From positions 31,249,310 to 31,282,918 of the forward strand of contig NC_069005.1 of the NCBI RefSeq assembly GCF_001194135.2: a stretch of 33,609 nucleotides of DNA, written 5' to 3'. The translations under genes and the position numbers were made by a program. The notes under the pieces are model-generated. The model searched no databases, was not told the origin of the DNA, and saw only the letters and a list, made by a program, of their open reading frames with translations. Below are positions 31,301 to 33,609 of the stretch, piece by piece. The stretch is from Octopus bimaculoides (Eukaryota). How positions within the stretch are numbered: position 1 is the first letter of the stretch; every line of letters starts with the position of its first letter.

Positions 31301-33609
31301 TTTTGTACGTAGGTACTTGCGAACGTACATCGTACGTACGTTCGTTCTCTCGTTCTTTCGTCCTTACCAACGTACGTTCGTTCGTTCGTTCGTTCGTTAG
31401 TTCTTTCGTTGGTTCTTACGGACGTATGTACGCACGTTCCTTCGTTCGCTCTATCGTACGTACGTACGTTTGTTTCTTCGTACGTACGCACGTACGTGCT
31501 TTCGTTCAGTCCTACGTTAGTTCTTTCCTTCGTTCGTTCTTTAGTTAGTTCGTTCTTTAGTTAGTTCGTTCCTTCGTATGTACGTACGATCGTTCTTACG
31601 TACTTTCGTTCGTTCCTTCGATCGTTCGTCCGCACGTACGTACGTTCGTTCGTACCTACGTACGTAATTACGATCGTTCGTTCGTACTTACGTACGTAAA
31701 TACTTTCGTTCGTTCGTACATACGTAATTACGTACGTACGTTCTTTCATTCATTCGTTCGTACGTACGTGCGTATGTACATTCAATCGTTAGTTCCTTCC
31801 TACNNNNNNNNNNNNNNNNNNNNNNNNNNNNNNNNNNNNNNNNNNNNNNNNNNNNNNNNNNNNNNNNNNNNNNNNNNNNNNNNNNNNNNNNNNNNNNNNN
31901 NNNNNNNNNNNNNNNNNNNNNNNNNNNNNNNNNNNNNNNNNNNNNNNNNNNNNNNNNNNNNNNNNNNNNNNNNNNNNNNNNNNNNNNNNNNNNNNNNNNN
32001 NNNNNNNNNNNNNNNNNNNNNNNNNNNNNNNNNNNNNNNNNNNNNNNNNNNNNNNNNNNNNNNNNNNNNNNNNNNNNNNNNNNNNNNNNNNNNNNNNNNN
32101 NNNNNNNNNNNNNNNNNNNNNNNNNNNNNNNNNNNNNNNNNNNNNNNNNNNNNNNNNNNNNNNNNNNNNNNNNNNNNNNNNNNNNNNNNNNNNNNNNNNN
32201 NNNNNNNNNNNNNNNNNNNNNNNNNNNNNNNNNNNNNNNNNNNNNNNNNNNNNNNNNNNNNNNNNNNNNNNNNNNNNNNNNNNNNNNNNNNNNNNNNNNN
32301 NNNNNNNNNNNNNNNNNNNNNNNNNNNNNNNNNNNNNNNNNNNNNNNNNNNNNNNNNNNNNNNNNNNNNNNNNNNNNNNNNNNNNNNNNNNNNNNNNNNN
32401 NNNNNNNNNNNNNNNNNNNNNNNNNNNNNNNNNNNNNNNNNNNNNNNNNNNNNNNNNNNNNNNNNNNNNNNNNNNNNNNNNNNNNNNNNNNNNNNNNNNN
32501 NNNNNNNNNNNNNNNNNNNNNNNNNNNNNNNNNNNNNNNNNNNNNNNNNNNNNNGTACGTTCGTTCTTTTATTCGTTCTGTCATTCATCGTACGTACGTA
32601 CATTCGTTTCTTGGTTCGTTCGTACGTACGTACGTTCGTTCGTTCATTCGTTAGTTCTTTCGTTGGTTCATTCTTTCGTTCGTTGGTATGTACGTTCATT
32701 TGTTCATTCGTACGTACCTACTTAGGTTCGTATTTACGTACGTACGGTCGTTCCTTCGATCGCTCGTTCGTTCATACGTACTTATCTACGTACGTTCGTT
32801 CATTCGTTCGTACGTACGTAATTACGTTCGTTTCTTCGTACTTACGTAGGTTCGAAGGAACAAAAGTACGTACGTACGTGCGAACGATCGAACGAATGAA
32901 CAATGAAAGAACGTAAGTACGTAATTACGTTCGTACGTACGTTCTTTCGTTCGTTCGCTCGTACGAAAGAACAACCGTAGGTTCGAAGGAACAAAAGTAC
33001 GTACGAACGAAGGTGCGAACGATCGAACGAATGAACAATGAAAGAACGTAATTACGTACGTTCTTTCGTTCGTTCGATCGTTCGTTCGCTCGTACGTACC
33101 TTCGTTCGTTCGTTTGTTCGTACGTACTTTCGTTCGTTCTTTTGTTCGTTCGTTCCTTCTTTTGTTTGTGAATTCGTTCGATCAATCGTTCGTTCCTACT
33201 TGCGTTCATTCGTTCGTTTGTTCCTTCGTACGTACGGTTGTTCTTTCGTTCGGACATATGTACCTGCGATTGTTCGGTAAATCGTTTGTTCACTCTTTCG
33301 TTCATTCGTTCGTTCGTTGATTCCTACGTACGTTCGTTCGTTCGTTACTACGTACGTATGTGCGAAATTTCGTTCGTTAGTTCGTTCGTTCATTGGGTCG
33401 TTCGTTCGTTCCTTAATTTCGTTCAGTCGTTCGTACGTACATACGTTAGTTCGTTCGTACGTACGTACATTCGTTCGTTCGTACGTACGTACATTCGTTC
33501 GATCGTTCCTACGTACGGATGTATGTACGTTCGTTCGTACGTTCGTTTGTTTGTTCGTTCGATATTTCTTTCGTACGCAAGTACGTACGTTCGTTTGTTC
33601 ATTCTAATG
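28304..33609. repeat. CpG-rich tetranucleotide-based satellite (TACG/TTCG/ATCG variants) with higher-order repeats; continues past the window edge
   Basis: Continuous 4-nt periodic array interrupted by two N gaps; longer unique landmarks recur (e.g. CATTCTAATG at 29907 and 33600; GAAGGAACAAAAGTAC at 29161, 32854 and again near 32985). Confidence 0.95.

Noticed and set aside
28269-33607. RSFV/RTYV/ERTN-repeat ORFs up to about 260 aa
   Set aside because: A 4-nt periodic TACG/TTCG array is nearly stop-free in all frames; frames switch freely and there is no start or splice context.
28304-33609. CRISPR array
   Set aside because: No constant repeat with unique spacers, no cas genes, and the context is eukaryotic.

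Overview
AT-rich, microsatellite-dense animal genomic DNA from a gapped draft assembly (N runs at 957-1003, 4143-4676, 8330-8889, 24154-24305, 27129-28052, 30792-31055, 31804-32554). The repeat complement resembles an octopod cephalopod genome; this is inference from the SINE families. Only one coding exon is securely identifiable: an internal + strand exon of numb (26084-26273, end of the PTB domain plus NumbF region). No other numb exon is visible, so most or all of the window is probably numb intron. The rest is mobile-element debris: about 25 copies of tRNA-derived SINEs from several families (two share an internal module), a mariner-derived MITE, a head-to-tail concatemer of piggyBac-type MITEs, and a minisatellite. 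A CpG-dense (TACG/TTCG)n satellite of at least 5.3 kb with higher-order structure runs off the right edge. The most notable signal is a set of unrelated minimal type I hammerhead-ribozyme motifs of the Penelope-like/retrozyme kind. Two near-intact ones lie antisense to numb (1492-1573, 13443-13505). Two crippled ones lie sense (15259-15407, and 28255-28311 exactly at the satellite's left junction). Nearly all ORFs in the supplied track are artefacts of microsatellites, the satellite or N gaps.
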